Shown here: positions 9,927 to 20,150 of the stretch, piece after piece
Numbering within the stretch: position 1 is the first letter of the stretch
Layout of the letters: every line of letters starts with the position of its first letter
Origin: Promethearchaeota archaeon
GTDB taxonomy: Archaea > Asgardarchaeota > Lokiarchaeia > Sigyniarchaeales > SOKP01
Reading direction: 5' to 3'
NCBI GenBank assembly: GCA_030603385.1
Contig: JAUVXW010000001.1
Coordinates: 249,785-313,784, forward strand
Length of the DNA: 64,000 nt
Translations under genes and position numbers: made by a program
Notes under the pieces: generated by a model
Seen by the model: only the letters and a program-made list of their open reading frames with translations
Databases searched by the model: none
What the model was told of the DNA's origin: nothing

Positions 9927-10931
9927 ATGTTGAAGATTACAGAACAAGCTTTTATAGAGGATATAGCTCATAATCAATCTAAATCACTAACGAAAGAGAA
10001 ATTTATTCGATTTTTAAGATTTTATTTAATTCCTGGTTGGCGAGATCCTGAATTTGCTTCTCAAGAATATGAAGCAGAAAAAATAAAATCTAAAAGGAGA
10101 ATGTTTAGACGCCTTCTTAAACCTCTAACAATAACAGGATTCGTAATGATTATATTCATTTTAATATTAGCAGTATATGCTCCTTGGTTAACTCAATATA
10201 GATTAGGTGAAATTATATCACCTTATTATCCTCCCGGAGGAAATCCTTTTGATGATCCATCACCAGAACATCCGTTTGGGACAACAAAGTATGGATATGA
10301 TATTTTAGCAAGACTTATTTGGGGAAGTAGAACTACACTAGTAATGGCAGCAATCCCTGTAACCATCGCTATTGGAGGAGGTATTCTCTTAGGAACGATA
10401 TCAGCATATTTTGGTGGAATTGTTGATTATCTTATGATGCGTTTTGTAGATTTAATGTATGCATTTCCGAATTTGATTCTTGTCATCATAATTGTTCCTA
10501 TATTGGGACAAGCATTATTAACTAGTCTTGTAATTTACGGAATTCTTTTTATACCATACAATATTAGGTTTATGAGATCACTTGTTTTACAGGTAAAGCA
10601 ACTGGAATTTGTTCAAGCAGCAAAAACGGGTGGTGCGCAAAAATTCAAAGTGATGTTTACACATATTGTACCAAATGCAATATCTCCTATATTAATAGCT
10701 TTTTTTGGAGGTGCAGCAATTGCAGTATTAGGTCTAGCAGGTCTAGCTTTTATAGGAATTGGAGATCCAACTGTTGCTAGCTGGGGAACCGATATTAATT
10801 GGGCAAGAGCTTCATTTAGCAATTTCAATGCAGCTGTTTGGCCCGGATTATTTATAGGAATAATAGCTATAGGGTTTATGCTCATAGGAGATGGACTGCG
10901 AGATGCATTAGATCCACGATTAAATATATAA
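9927..10931 (+). CDS. dppC: Peptide/nickel ABC transporter permease (DppC/OppC-like)
   Basis: HPFGTTKYGYDILARLIWGSRT, EFVQAAKTGG, HIVPN, GDGLRDALDPR. Confidence 0.92.
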   Translation: MLKITEQAFIEDIAHNQSKSLTKEKFIRFLRFYLIPGWRDPEFASQEYEAEKIKSKRRMFRRLLKPLTITGFVMIIFILILAVYAPWLTQYRLGEIISPYYPPGGNPFDDPSPEHPFGTTKYGYDILARLIWGSRTTLVMAAIPVTIAIGGGILLGTISAYFGGIVDYLMMRFVDLMYAFPNLILVIIIVPILGQALLTSLVIYGILFIPYNIRFMRSLVLQVKQLEFVQAAKTGGAQKFKVMFTHIVPNAISPILIAFFGGAAIAVLGLAGLAFIGIGDPTVASWGTDINWARASFSNFNAAVWPGLFIGIIAIGFMLIGDGLRDALDPRLNI

Positions 10932-10971
10932 AAAAGAGGGATTAAAGGTTTTAGATACAATATATGAAGCT

Positions 10972-12870
10972 GTGTATGGATTAAATTATGGAATGGCTTT
11001 TGTTGAATCTATTATTGCGACATTGATTTTATTCCTAATTTTAAATATTATCAATAACCAAATTCCTGAAGAACAACAGATCTCAAAAAAATTCCATAGA
11101 AAAAGTTCAGCTGTAATTAGCATCATACTTTTTGGTATAATATTTGGCATTCGGTCTATTTTTGAAACTCTAGGGACTTTTTTTTACTTGTTTTTAATTT
11201 TCAATAATGATGCTTTATTATTTGCACTAATGACAACAATTTTTTATTTTCTGTATATAGAATTAGTGTTCAAGCAAAAAATATTTGGCCCTATAAGAGA
11301 GGATCTTTTAAGTACTCCATTTTTTAGAATTTTTAGAATATTCATCAGATTAATTTGGATAATTGCCGCAATATTCTTCTCAATTCCTCTCCTACAAATT
11401 AATATGAATAATCCTGACATTTTTAACCTCGGGTTTATATGGGCAGCTTTAGCTGTTGCATTTGATATTATCATCACGATTATAATAAATAGAATTCGTT
11501 CAATTGAGAAGCGTATCCCTAAAGAAATTCTTAAATATTGTATGTTTTCTGGTGGACTCATCTCGTTTGGAATTTGGTCAATACAACTAATAATCTTTGA
11601 ATTGTATTTGAATAGATTATTTGGATTAATGCTGTTTGAACAAGACATTCGTATATTATTCGGTGTGGTTAGTGGTATATATAGTTCTATATTTTATTTA
11701 TCTTTGAAAAAGAAATTTATGCCTACTGCTGAGGAAAAAAGCAAGTTAAAAGTCCAAAAAGCACTTGAAATAGTTCAAAAGCAAACTGTAAAAGATTTTA
11801 CACCAAATGGGAATCATGCGATTCTTGAAGTGAAAGATCTCACTACTTACTTTCATACAGAAGAGGGTATTGTTCGTGCAGTAGAAGGTGTTTCTTTTAA
11901 AATGTATAAAGGAGAAGTTCTTGGACTTGTGGGTGAAACTGGCTGTGGGAAATCTGTAACCGCCTTATCTATTCTTCGACTAATTCGACCTCCTGGCAAA
12001 ATCGAGAAAGGCAATGTTATTTTTAGAGGGGAAAAACTATTAATAAAACCTGAATCAGAAATGCTAAAATATCGTGGCAAAGATATTACAATGATTTTTC
12101 AAGATCCACTAAATTCTCTTAATCCCGTTTTTAGAATAGGTAAACAAATCTCTGAAGTATTTTTATTGCATATGGAAAATGAAATGCTTGCTGAAGCTTC
12201 CAAATATCCCGACAAAACCATACTTGGTATTGCTCGAGAATGGAGTATAGACCTTTTAAGAGAATTAAATATACCCTTTCCTCAAGTAATTATTGATCGA
12301 TACCCCCATGAATTGAGCGGAGGAATGCGACAAAGAGTTCAAATTGCTATGGCTCTTGCATGTAGACCTAAATTATTAATTGCTGACGAACCTACTACTG
12401 CGCTAGATGTCACAATACAGAACCAAATTCTTAAACTGATGAAAGAACTTCGTAAGAAATTTAATACAACTATATTATTTATTACTCACGATCTTGGAAT
12501 TATCTCTAAAATGTGTGATCGTGTTGCTGTGATGTATTGTGGATCTATTGTTGAATATGGAAATATAAAAAAACTATTTACTAAACCTTATCATCCATAC
12601 ACGAGAGGGCTTATAGCTTCTGTCCCAGTTATGAGGAAAAGGCAAAAAGAACTTAAAGTTATACCTGGAATGGTACCAAATTTGATTTATCCCCCTTTAG
12701 GATGCAGATTTCATCCTAGATGTCAATTCTGTTTCGAGCCTTGTGATTCAAAAGCTCCAATCCAAATTGAGGTTGAACCTGGATATTTTGTAGCATGTCA
12801 TCTTTATGATCCACAATATAAAAGTATGGCAGAAATTTCTATAAAGAAAGTAGAAGCGAGATTAGAATAA
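10972..12870 (+). CDS. Peptide ABC ATPase (DppD/OppD-like) with an N-terminal multi-TM domain
   Basis: GETGCGKS, IFQDP, YPHELSGGMRQR, LIADEPT, HPYT, GCRFHPRC; the first ~270 aa are several hydrophobic helices. Confidence 0.88.
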   Translation: MYGLNYGMAFVESIIATLILFLILNIINNQIPEEQQISKKFHRKSSAVISIILFGIIFGIRSIFETLGTFFYLFLIFNNDALLFALMTTIFYFLYIELVFKQKIFGPIREDLLSTPFFRIFRIFIRLIWIIAAIFFSIPLLQINMNNPDIFNLGFIWAALAVAFDIIITIIINRIRSIEKRIPKEILKYCMFSGGLISFGIWSIQLIIFELYLNRLFGLMLFEQDIRILFGVVSGIYSSIFYLSLKKKFMPTAEEKSKLKVQKALEIVQKQTVKDFTPNGNHAILEVKDLTTYFHTEEGIVRAVEGVSFKMYKGEVLGLVGETGCGKSVTALSILRLIRPPGKIEKGNVIFRGEKLLIKPESEMLKYRGKDITMIFQDPLNSLNPVFRIGKQISEVFLLHMENEMLAEASKYPDKTILGIAREWSIDLLRELNIPFPQVIIDRYPHELSGGMRQRVQIAMALACRPKLLIADEPTTALDVTIQNQILKLMKELRKKFNTTILFITHDLGIISKMCDRVAVMYCGSIVEYGNIKKLFTKPYHPYTRGLIASVPVMRKRQKELKVIPGMVPNLIYPPLGCRFHPRCQFCFEPCDSKAPIQIEVEPGYFVACHLYDPQYKSMAEISIKKVEARLE

Positions 12871-12896
12871 ATAAAAATTGGAGGTTATTTATAATC

Positions 12897-14615
12897 ATGG
12901 TTGATTTAATGGAAATTATCGTTATTCCTGTTATTCTATTCATAATAGGATTTCTTATAATGAGACGGGTTGCACAAGGAAAGAGATGGGAGAATTCAGT
13001 GAGAATTACACTCTTAACAAATTTGATTTGGTTAGTTTTCAGTATACTTTTGACTATTATTATTTTAAATTCTTTTGGTGATTCCCCTTTATTTAAAATT
13101 TTATTAATAGCGATACTCATACCAGTTGGTATATTAATACTTTGGGGATTTTATAATAAAAATTTTTTCGAGTCATTTGAAGTCATTGGTCTTATCCAAG
13201 GTGCTTTACTTATAATATCATTGTTTTTAAGTAGTATTCAAGGAATTTTGAAAATATGGGTAATTGAAGGAAATGATGATTTAGATGGTTCTAAATTTAC
13301 ATTTGCTTTTGCTTTTCTCTTTCTTTTTGGGCTATCTATTTTTTTTGCTTATTGGGGAGATAAAATACAATTAGTTAAATTCAGGGTAACTTTTGCTCTT
13401 GGCAGTATAGTACCCGGATTGTATTATTTAATATATACATTTATTATTCAGCAGGAAAACTTTTATGATAATATAGTTGATAATCTCTTAATTAGCTTTA
13501 CAATTGCAATTCTTTCTATTTTAATAGTAAAAAAAATTGCATACCAAACAATACAGTTCAAAGAAATCAGAGCTTTAACTGTCCTTGAGAAAGGTAAACC
13601 ATTACTAAAGGTAAAAGATCTTAAAGTTCATTATCCACTCTTTAAAGGAACCCTTAAAAGACAAATTGGAGCTGTTAAAGCTGTTAATGGGGTCTCTTTC
13701 AGCATAAAAACCGGTGAAACACTCGGTTTAGTTGGAGAAAGTGGATGTGGGAAAACAACAATAGCAAAAGCAGTTTTAGGTTTGGTAGAAAAAACGGAAG
13801 GAGAAATGTTTTTCCAAGATCTTGAGGAGCCAATCCCTCCTGAATATTCATCTTATATAAGACATAAAATACAAATGGTTTTCCAAGATCCAGATGCATC
13901 CTTGAATCCACGTTTAAAAGTAGTTGACATCATTTCAGAACCTCTTAAGAATTTACTTGGTATTACTAATAAACTAGAAATCAGAAAACGCATTTTAAAA
14001 TTGTTGGATGAAGTTTCCTTAAAACGAGAGCATATGGATCGCTATCCTCATGAATTTTCTGGTGGTCAAAAGCAAAGAATCGTTATAGCAAGAGCATTAG
14101 CTTGCAATCCCGAGTTGATAATTTTAGATGAACCTACTTCTGCTCTTGATGTATCAGTTCAAGCACAAATCCTTAATCTTCTTAGAGAATTACAAGCAGC
14201 ATATGGGTATGGATATCTGTTTATTACTCACAATTTAGCCGTTGTAAACTATATTGCTGATCGCGTAGCCGTAATGTATCTTGGCAAAATTGTAGAAGTT
14301 GGAAGTAAAGAACAAGTTTTTTCAAGACCAACTCATCCTTATACTCAAGCACTTCTTGCTTCACATTCTGACATTGATCCTTACAATCAAGAAATCAGTT
14401 TTGTTATCGAAGGTGAAGTACCAAGCCCTATAGCACCTCCACCAGGATGTGCGTTTAACCCACGTTGCTCTTCAGATGCGCGTACAAAAGAATGTGAAAT
14501 TGATTTACCTCATAAAATAACAATCGAGGAAGGTCATTCCATCTGGTGTGTAAATCCTCCTACATCAATGCAATCAGAACTTCAAGAATCTAAAGAGAGT
14601 TTATCTCTTGAATAA
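12897..14615 (+). CDS. Peptide ABC ATPase (DppF/OppF-like) with an N-terminal multi-TM domain
   Basis: GESGCGKT, VFQDP, YPHEFSGGQKQR, LDEPTSALDVSVQAQ, GCAFNPRC; the first ~230 aa are hydrophobic helices. Confidence 0.88.
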   Translation: MVDLMEIIVIPVILFIIGFLIMRRVAQGKRWENSVRITLLTNLIWLVFSILLTIIILNSFGDSPLFKILLIAILIPVGILILWGFYNKNFFESFEVIGLIQGALLIISLFLSSIQGILKIWVIEGNDDLDGSKFTFAFAFLFLFGLSIFFAYWGDKIQLVKFRVTFALGSIVPGLYYLIYTFIIQQENFYDNIVDNLLISFTIAILSILIVKKIAYQTIQFKEIRALTVLEKGKPLLKVKDLKVHYPLFKGTLKRQIGAVKAVNGVSFSIKTGETLGLVGESGCGKTTIAKAVLGLVEKTEGEMFFQDLEEPIPPEYSSYIRHKIQMVFQDPDASLNPRLKVVDIISEPLKNLLGITNKLEIRKRILKLLDEVSLKREHMDRYPHEFSGGQKQRIVIARALACNPELIILDEPTSALDVSVQAQILNLLRELQAAYGYGYLFITHNLAVVNYIADRVAVMYLGKIVEVGSKEQVFSRPTHPYTQALLASHSDIDPYNQEISFVIEGEVPSPIAPPPGCAFNPRCSSDARTKECEIDLPHKITIEEGHSIWCVNPPTSMQSELQESKESLSLE

Positions 14616-14773
14616 ATTAGCTTTTTATTCCCTCTAGGTTTTTTTCATTTATTATATCTTAAATTATAGAATAAAAGAATTTTCGAACTTAAGGAATAAC
14701 TTTATTACAAATTAAGACAAGGAAGAAAAGTACAATGAATTAAATTTTATACATTATTAACTTATTCCTTAAA

Positions 14774-14794
14774 TAAATATACAAAGTAATTTTA
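14774..14794. promoter_or_regulatory. Degenerate copy of the operator (TAAATATAC-AAA-GTAATTTTA) upstream of GRE1
   Basis: Two mismatches to the palindrome; ends 29 nt before the ATG at 14824 and overlaps a TTAAATA box. Confidence 0.55.
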
Positions 14795-14823
14795 AATAGT
14801 ATAAAATCAATATTTATGTTAAT

Positions 14824-17253
14824 ATGGTAGTTCAAAATGTAAAAATGACACCTCTTCAAGGGATTCCTACAGAGAGGGTTCGAAAAATTAAGGACAAAAT
14901 GTTGTCACAACCCTTCGAATATGATCTTAAACGAGCACGATGCTATACAAGAATTTGGAAACAAATGGAAAATTCTCATCCATATATAAAAAAAGCCAAA
15001 GCATTAGAAGAATTCTTACGTTGTCTTCCTATAAGGATTGATGACGATGAGCTTCTTGTAGGAGTAAAATCTAGTAAAATAAGAGCTGATCCTTTCGAAA
15101 TAGAACTTGGAAGGCATGTTCGGACCTATGATTTTCTCTTAAATGATTCAATAGACGAAAAAGCTAAAGAGTATTTCCGTAGACATAATCCTATCCTTAG
15201 GCGTTATGTCCCTTTTTCAGAACAAGAGCTTAACGAGCTGAAAAATGATATTATCCCCGTTTGGAAAGGAAAAACATTAGCTGACCGAAAGAGAGAGCTC
15301 TGGAGGGAAGCAGGCTTACTTAAGGAGAAAAAGGGATCTATAGAAAGAGCTATGAGTTGGATCAATCCATTTTATGCGGAAATGCAAGGCCATACCATTC
15401 CAGGTTATAGACGAGTTCTTAAAATAGGATTTAAGGGAATAGAAAAGAGAGCGACAGAAGAACTTGAGAAACTTAAAGATACTGATGAAGATTACGAAAA
15501 TCGCAGAATCTTTTATGAAGCAGTTCAGGTGTGTGCAAGAGCTGTTTGTGATTATTCTAATCGTTACGCAGATCTAGCGATTAAAATGGCAGAAAACGCA
15601 TCAGAACATAGAAAAGCAGAACTTTTAGATATTGCTGAACGAGCAAGGCGAGTACCAGCCCTCCCACCAAGAACCTTCATGGAAGCACTTCAATCGGTAT
15701 GGATGACCAATGTCGTTATGGAAATGAGCTATGGTGAGGGCAATATTTTTTCTCAAGGACGCGTAGACCAATATCTTTACCCATATTATGTCGCTGATTT
15801 AGCCGAAGGACATATTACTTATGAGGAAGCTCTAGAAGCAATTGAGGAATATTTAGTTAAACTTGCTTCTGTTGTTATCGCAGGACAAAATAATATAACT
15901 ATTGGGGGATTAGATAAAGATGGAAATGATGCTACGAACGATGTGTCATACATGTTTCTCGAGGCTATTGCAAATGTAAAAAGTCTGTTGAATACATTAT
16001 CGATACGAATCTCTTCCAAAACGCCCCGAGATTTTTTAAAAAGAGTAATTGAAACGTATCGATTTACAGCAGGAATGGGGATTCATAATGATGAAATATT
16101 AGTACCACAACTTCAAAAAGATGGGTATTCATTAGAAGATGCCCGTGACTATTCACTTGTGGGGTGTGTGGAACCCCATGGTACTGGTAATGATTTTTCC
16201 TATACAGCAGGCAATGGTGTTCGGTTATCAATTGTTTTACATTTGGCTCTAAATGAAGGACGGATTCTCGTGGCAGGAAATCGTCAATTTGGTGCAAAAA
16301 CTCCTGATCCAAGTACTTTTAAAACTTTTGAAGATGTGAAGCAGGCTTTTGTAGATCAGTTTTCATTTGGAGTAGACTTAGTTGTGAAAAAGGCAGAATT
16401 AAAAGATCGAGCCTTTGCAGAAGGTTTTCCTTCCCCATTACTTTCATCTACAATAGAGGGATGTCTAGAGAGTGGAAAAGATGTAACTCGAAATGGAGCG
16501 CGCTATAATAATAATCCGATAGGTTGCCAAGCATTAGCAACTGTAACTAATTCACTAGCAGCAATTCGCTGGGCAGTATTCGAAGAAAAATTATTGACAA
16601 TGGGAGAATTAGCTACGCATCTCCGTAATAATTTCAAGGGAGCAGATAAACTTAAGGAACTATTAAGAAACAAGGCTCCCAAATATGGTAATGGTGATGA
16701 AAGGGTAGACGAACTAGCAAAATGGGTGGCGAATACTTTATGTGATATTGTGAGAAAACATCCTGCTAGAGATGGTGCCGGTATATATCGCCCATGCCTT
16801 GTATCTTCTGGACTTAATATTCTTGAAGGTAGAATGTTAGGGGCAACTCCCGATGGAAGATTATCTGGTGAAGCTGTATCTAATGGTATATCTCCCGCAA
16901 ACGGCACAGAGAAAAATGGTCTTACCATGACACTTCGATCAGTAGCTTTCGCAACAAAAAACGCTCTTCTAACCGATGGTGCAACAATGAACATAAGAAT
17001 CAATCCCAGTTTAATAGAAACAGATGAGGGTGTAGATAAATTAACTTCTATTGTTGAAGCTTATTTAGAATTAGGAGGAAGAGAGCTTCAGATTAATCCA
17101 ATAAGTTCAGAAACATTGAGGGACGCGCAAGTTCATCCAGAAAAATATCCTGACTTGTCGGTTAAGGTCACAGGTTATTCTGCTCGTTTCATAGAAGTGG
17201 GAAGAAGTCTCCAGAATGACATCATCGCCCGAACGGTATTCAATGAATTATAA
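14824..17253 (+). CDS. Glycyl-radical enzyme (PFL superfamily, single-Cys GCVEP type), paralog 1
   Basis: GRVDQYLYPYY, Cys loop VGCVEP, PKYGN, ATPDGR, C-terminal Gly loop DLSVKVTGYSARF; 809 aa. Confidence 0.92.
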   Translation: MVVQNVKMTPLQGIPTERVRKIKDKMLSQPFEYDLKRARCYTRIWKQMENSHPYIKKAKALEEFLRCLPIRIDDDELLVGVKSSKIRADPFEIELGRHVRTYDFLLNDSIDEKAKEYFRRHNPILRRYVPFSEQELNELKNDIIPVWKGKTLADRKRELWREAGLLKEKKGSIERAMSWINPFYAEMQGHTIPGYRRVLKIGFKGIEKRATEELEKLKDTDEDYENRRIFYEAVQVCARAVCDYSNRYADLAIKMAENASEHRKAELLDIAERARRVPALPPRTFMEALQSVWMTNVVMEMSYGEGNIFSQGRVDQYLYPYYVADLAEGHITYEEALEAIEEYLVKLASVVIAGQNNITIGGLDKDGNDATNDVSYMFLEAIANVKSLLNTLSIRISSKTPRDFLKRVIETYRFTAGMGIHNDEILVPQLQKDGYSLEDARDYSLVGCVEPHGTGNDFSYTAGNGVRLSIVLHLALNEGRILVAGNRQFGAKTPDPSTFKTFEDVKQAFVDQFSFGVDLVVKKAELKDRAFAEGFPSPLLSSTIEGCLESGKDVTRNGARYNNNPIGCQALATVTNSLAAIRWAVFEEKLLTMGELATHLRNNFKGADKLKELLRNKAPKYGNGDERVDELAKWVANTLCDIVRKHPARDGAGIYRPCLVSSGLNILEGRMLGATPDGRLSGEAVSNGISPANGTEKNGLTMTLRSVAFATKNALLTDGATMNIRINPSLIETDEGVDKLTSIVEAYLELGGRELQINPISSETLRDAQVHPEKYPDLSVKVTGYSARFIEVGRSLQNDIIARTVFNEL

Positions 17254-17338
17254 AACTCAGAGAATTATTTATGGCATTATAAAGAAGAATAGCCAATAAG
17301 AATGTTTCAAAAACTTTTAAATATTTTATTATCATAAA

Positions 17339-17359
17339 TAAATTTACAAAGTAAATTTA
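17339..17359. promoter_or_regulatory. Palindromic operator TAAATTTAC-AAA-GTAAATTTA upstream of GRE2
   Basis: Perfect 9-bp inverted repeat ending 27 nt before the ATG at 17387. Confidence 0.65.
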
Positions 17360-17386
17360 ATTAGTAACAAAAACAATATTCAAATT

Positions 17387-19837
17387 ATGGTAGTTCAAAA
17401 TTTAAAAATGTCACCTCTTCAAGGAATTCCTTCAGAGAGGGTTCGAAAAATTAGAGATAGAATGCTATCTTGCCCTAGAGAACTTGATATTGAACGCGCA
17501 CGATGTTACACAAGAATATATAAACAAATGGAAGACTCTCCTCCGTGTATGAAGAATGTTAAAGCATTAGAAGAATTCTTACATTGTCTTCCTATTAGGA
17601 TTGATGAAGATGAGTTTCTTGTAGGAGTAAAATCTAGTAAAATACGAGCTGATCCTATCGAAATAGAACGTGGAATGCGTGCCAATATTTTTGGGTTTAT
17701 CCTTAATGATTCTATAGATAAAAAAATAAGAGATATGTTCAGCAAGAATTTTACTTTTATTAATCGATATGTTCCCTTAACAGAGCAAGAACTTGATGAG
17801 TTGAAAAATGAAATTGTCCCCTTCTGGAAAGAAAGAACAGTAATGGCCCGTAAAATAGAATATTGGAAAAAAGCAGGTTTAACTGAGGAATCAAAGGGTT
17901 CTATGGATATTGCAAGTGCTTTTGGGGTTTCTAGAGGTGGTACTGATTTATTTGGATCTGCTGTGGGTCAAGGACATGTCGTTCCGGGATATAGACGAGT
18001 TCTTAAAATGGGATTTAGAGGAATCGAAAAGATGGCCGAAGAAGGACTTGCGAAACTCAAGGAGACAGATGAAAATTATGACCATCGCAAGGATTTCTAT
18101 GAATCAGTTGTGTTGGCAGCAAGAGCGGTTTGTGATTATTCCAATCGCTATGCTGATCTCGCAATGGAAATGGCGGAAAAGGCACCAGAAACAGGAAAGG
18201 CTGAACTTTTAGAAATTGCTGAACGTGTAAGACGAGTACCAGCCCTCCCACCAAGAACATTTATGGAAGCACTTCAATCAATATGGATGACTAATGTCGT
18301 TATGGAAATGAGCTATGGTGAAGGAAACATATTTTCTCAAGGACGAGTAGACCAATATCTTTACCCATATTATGCCGCTGATTTAGCCGAAGGACGTATT
18401 ACTTATGAAGAAGCCTTGGAAGCAATTGAGGAATATTTAGTTAAACTTGCTTCTGTTGTTATCGCAGGACAGAACAATGTGACTATTGGGGGATTAGATA
18501 AGGATGGAAATGATGCCACTAATGATGTGTCTTATATGTTTCTTGAAGCTATTGCAAATGTAAAAAGTCTATTAAACACGTTATCGATACGAATTTCATC
18601 CAAGACACCCCATGATTTTGTGAAAAGAACTATTGAAGCTTTTAAATATACCGCTGGAATGGGAATTCATAATGATGAAGTTTTAGTACCACAGCTTCAT
18701 AATACTGGATATTCATTAGTAGATGCCCGAGACTATTCACTCGTAGGGTGTGTAGAACCAACGGGCACAGGGAATGATTTCTCTTATACAGCAGGTAATG
18801 CCATTCAGATTTCAATCCTTCTTAACATGGCATTAAATGAGGGACGTACAATTTTTTCAGGAAATCGAACTGTTGGAGCAAAGACACCCCCTCCCAGTTC
18901 TTTTAAAACTTTTGAAGATGTGAAGAAGGCTTATGTAGACCAACTTTCTTTTGCAATAGATCTTACTGTGAAAAAGGCGGAGCTAAAGGATAAAGCATTT
19001 GCTGATTATTTACCTTCCCCGTTGCTTTCATCTACAATAGAAGGATGTCTAGAGAGTGGAATGGATGCAACTCGAAATGGAGCACGCTACAATAATAATC
19101 CTATGGGTTCACAAGGGTTAGCAACCGTTACTAATTCCTTAGCAGCAATTCGCTGGGCAGTCTTTGAAGAAAAATTATTGACAATGGAAGAATTGGTTAA
19201 CCATATGAGTAATAATTTCAAGGGGGCAGAAGAACTTCGAGAAAAATTACGAAATAAGGCCCCCAAATATGGTAATGGTGATGAAAGGACAGACGAACTT
19301 GCACAATGGGTTGCAACTACCCTATGTGATCTTACAAGAAAATATAAAGCGAGGGGTGGTGACGGTATATATCATAATTGCCTTGTATCTGCTGGAACTC
19401 AGATTAGGGAAGGCAAAGGGTTAGGGGCAACTGCAGATGGAAGATTAATTGGTGAACCTGTGGCGAACGGTATTTCTCCTGCAAATGGTACAGAAAAGAA
19501 TGGTCTTACTATGGCACTACGATCAGTAGCATATGCAACGGGTGAACCTCATCTAACTAATGGAGCATCAATGAATATAAGAATCAATCCCAGCTTAATA
19601 CAGAAAGACGAGGGAGTCGATCAATTAGCTTCTATAGTAGAGGCTTATTTAGAGTTAGGAGGACGAGAGCTTCAGATAAATCCAATAAGTTCAGGGACAT
19701 TAAGAGACGCACAAGCTCATCCAGAAAAATATCCTGACTTATCAGTTAAGGTCACAGGCTACTCCGCTCGATTCATAGATATCTCTAAAGAGTTACAAGA
19801 TGATATTATCGATAGAACCGTTTTCAGTGAATTATAA
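17387..19837 (+). CDS. Glycyl-radical enzyme (PFL superfamily, GCVEP type), paralog 2
   Basis: Same motifs as paralog 1 (VGCVEP, DLSVKVTGYSARF); long near-identical stretches shared with 14824-17253. Confidence 0.92.
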   Translation: MVVQNLKMSPLQGIPSERVRKIRDRMLSCPRELDIERARCYTRIYKQMEDSPPCMKNVKALEEFLHCLPIRIDEDEFLVGVKSSKIRADPIEIERGMRANIFGFILNDSIDKKIRDMFSKNFTFINRYVPLTEQELDELKNEIVPFWKERTVMARKIEYWKKAGLTEESKGSMDIASAFGVSRGGTDLFGSAVGQGHVVPGYRRVLKMGFRGIEKMAEEGLAKLKETDENYDHRKDFYESVVLAARAVCDYSNRYADLAMEMAEKAPETGKAELLEIAERVRRVPALPPRTFMEALQSIWMTNVVMEMSYGEGNIFSQGRVDQYLYPYYAADLAEGRITYEEALEAIEEYLVKLASVVIAGQNNVTIGGLDKDGNDATNDVSYMFLEAIANVKSLLNTLSIRISSKTPHDFVKRTIEAFKYTAGMGIHNDEVLVPQLHNTGYSLVDARDYSLVGCVEPTGTGNDFSYTAGNAIQISILLNMALNEGRTIFSGNRTVGAKTPPPSSFKTFEDVKKAYVDQLSFAIDLTVKKAELKDKAFADYLPSPLLSSTIEGCLESGMDATRNGARYNNNPMGSQGLATVTNSLAAIRWAVFEEKLLTMEELVNHMSNNFKGAEELREKLRNKAPKYGNGDERTDELAQWVATTLCDLTRKYKARGGDGIYHNCLVSAGTQIREGKGLGATADGRLIGEPVANGISPANGTEKNGLTMALRSVAYATGEPHLTNGASMNIRINPSLIQKDEGVDQLASIVEAYLELGGRELQINPISSGTLRDAQAHPEKYPDLSVKVTGYSARFIDISKELQDDIIDRTVFSEL

Positions 19838-19886
19838 ACTGTACTTTAAATTTAATACTTAAAATTTTCTTTTTATTTTTTGAATT
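19823..19886 (+). repeat. Imperfect direct repeat, copy A (GRE2 3' end plus T-rich terminator)
   Basis: TTCAGTGAATTATAAACT...TTTCTTTTTATTTTTTGAATT; the last 21 nt are identical to 22204-22224. Confidence 0.6.
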
Positions 19887-20150
19887 CAGATAATTTTCAA
19901 TATTAGAGATGAGATGTTGTCTGCAGAGGAAATACTATAAAACTTTAGACTGCTATAAGACATTTAATGATCGTTGAACATTTAAATATTAATATCAATT
20001 TTTATGAACTCTATGTATTTATCTTTCAATTTTTTACTGGAATTTTGGAACTTGATGAATATTTGCATGGTAGATATTGTATAGCTAAAAATTATTAAAA
20101 TAAAAAATTATAACTAAATGAAAAAAAAAAGTGTATTATTATAAAAGCAA

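Noticed and set aside
14824-19837. Annotation as pyruvate formate-lyase (pflB) or cutC
   Set aside because: No adjacent Cys-Cys pair as in PFL, and substrate-specific residues cannot be confirmed by eye.
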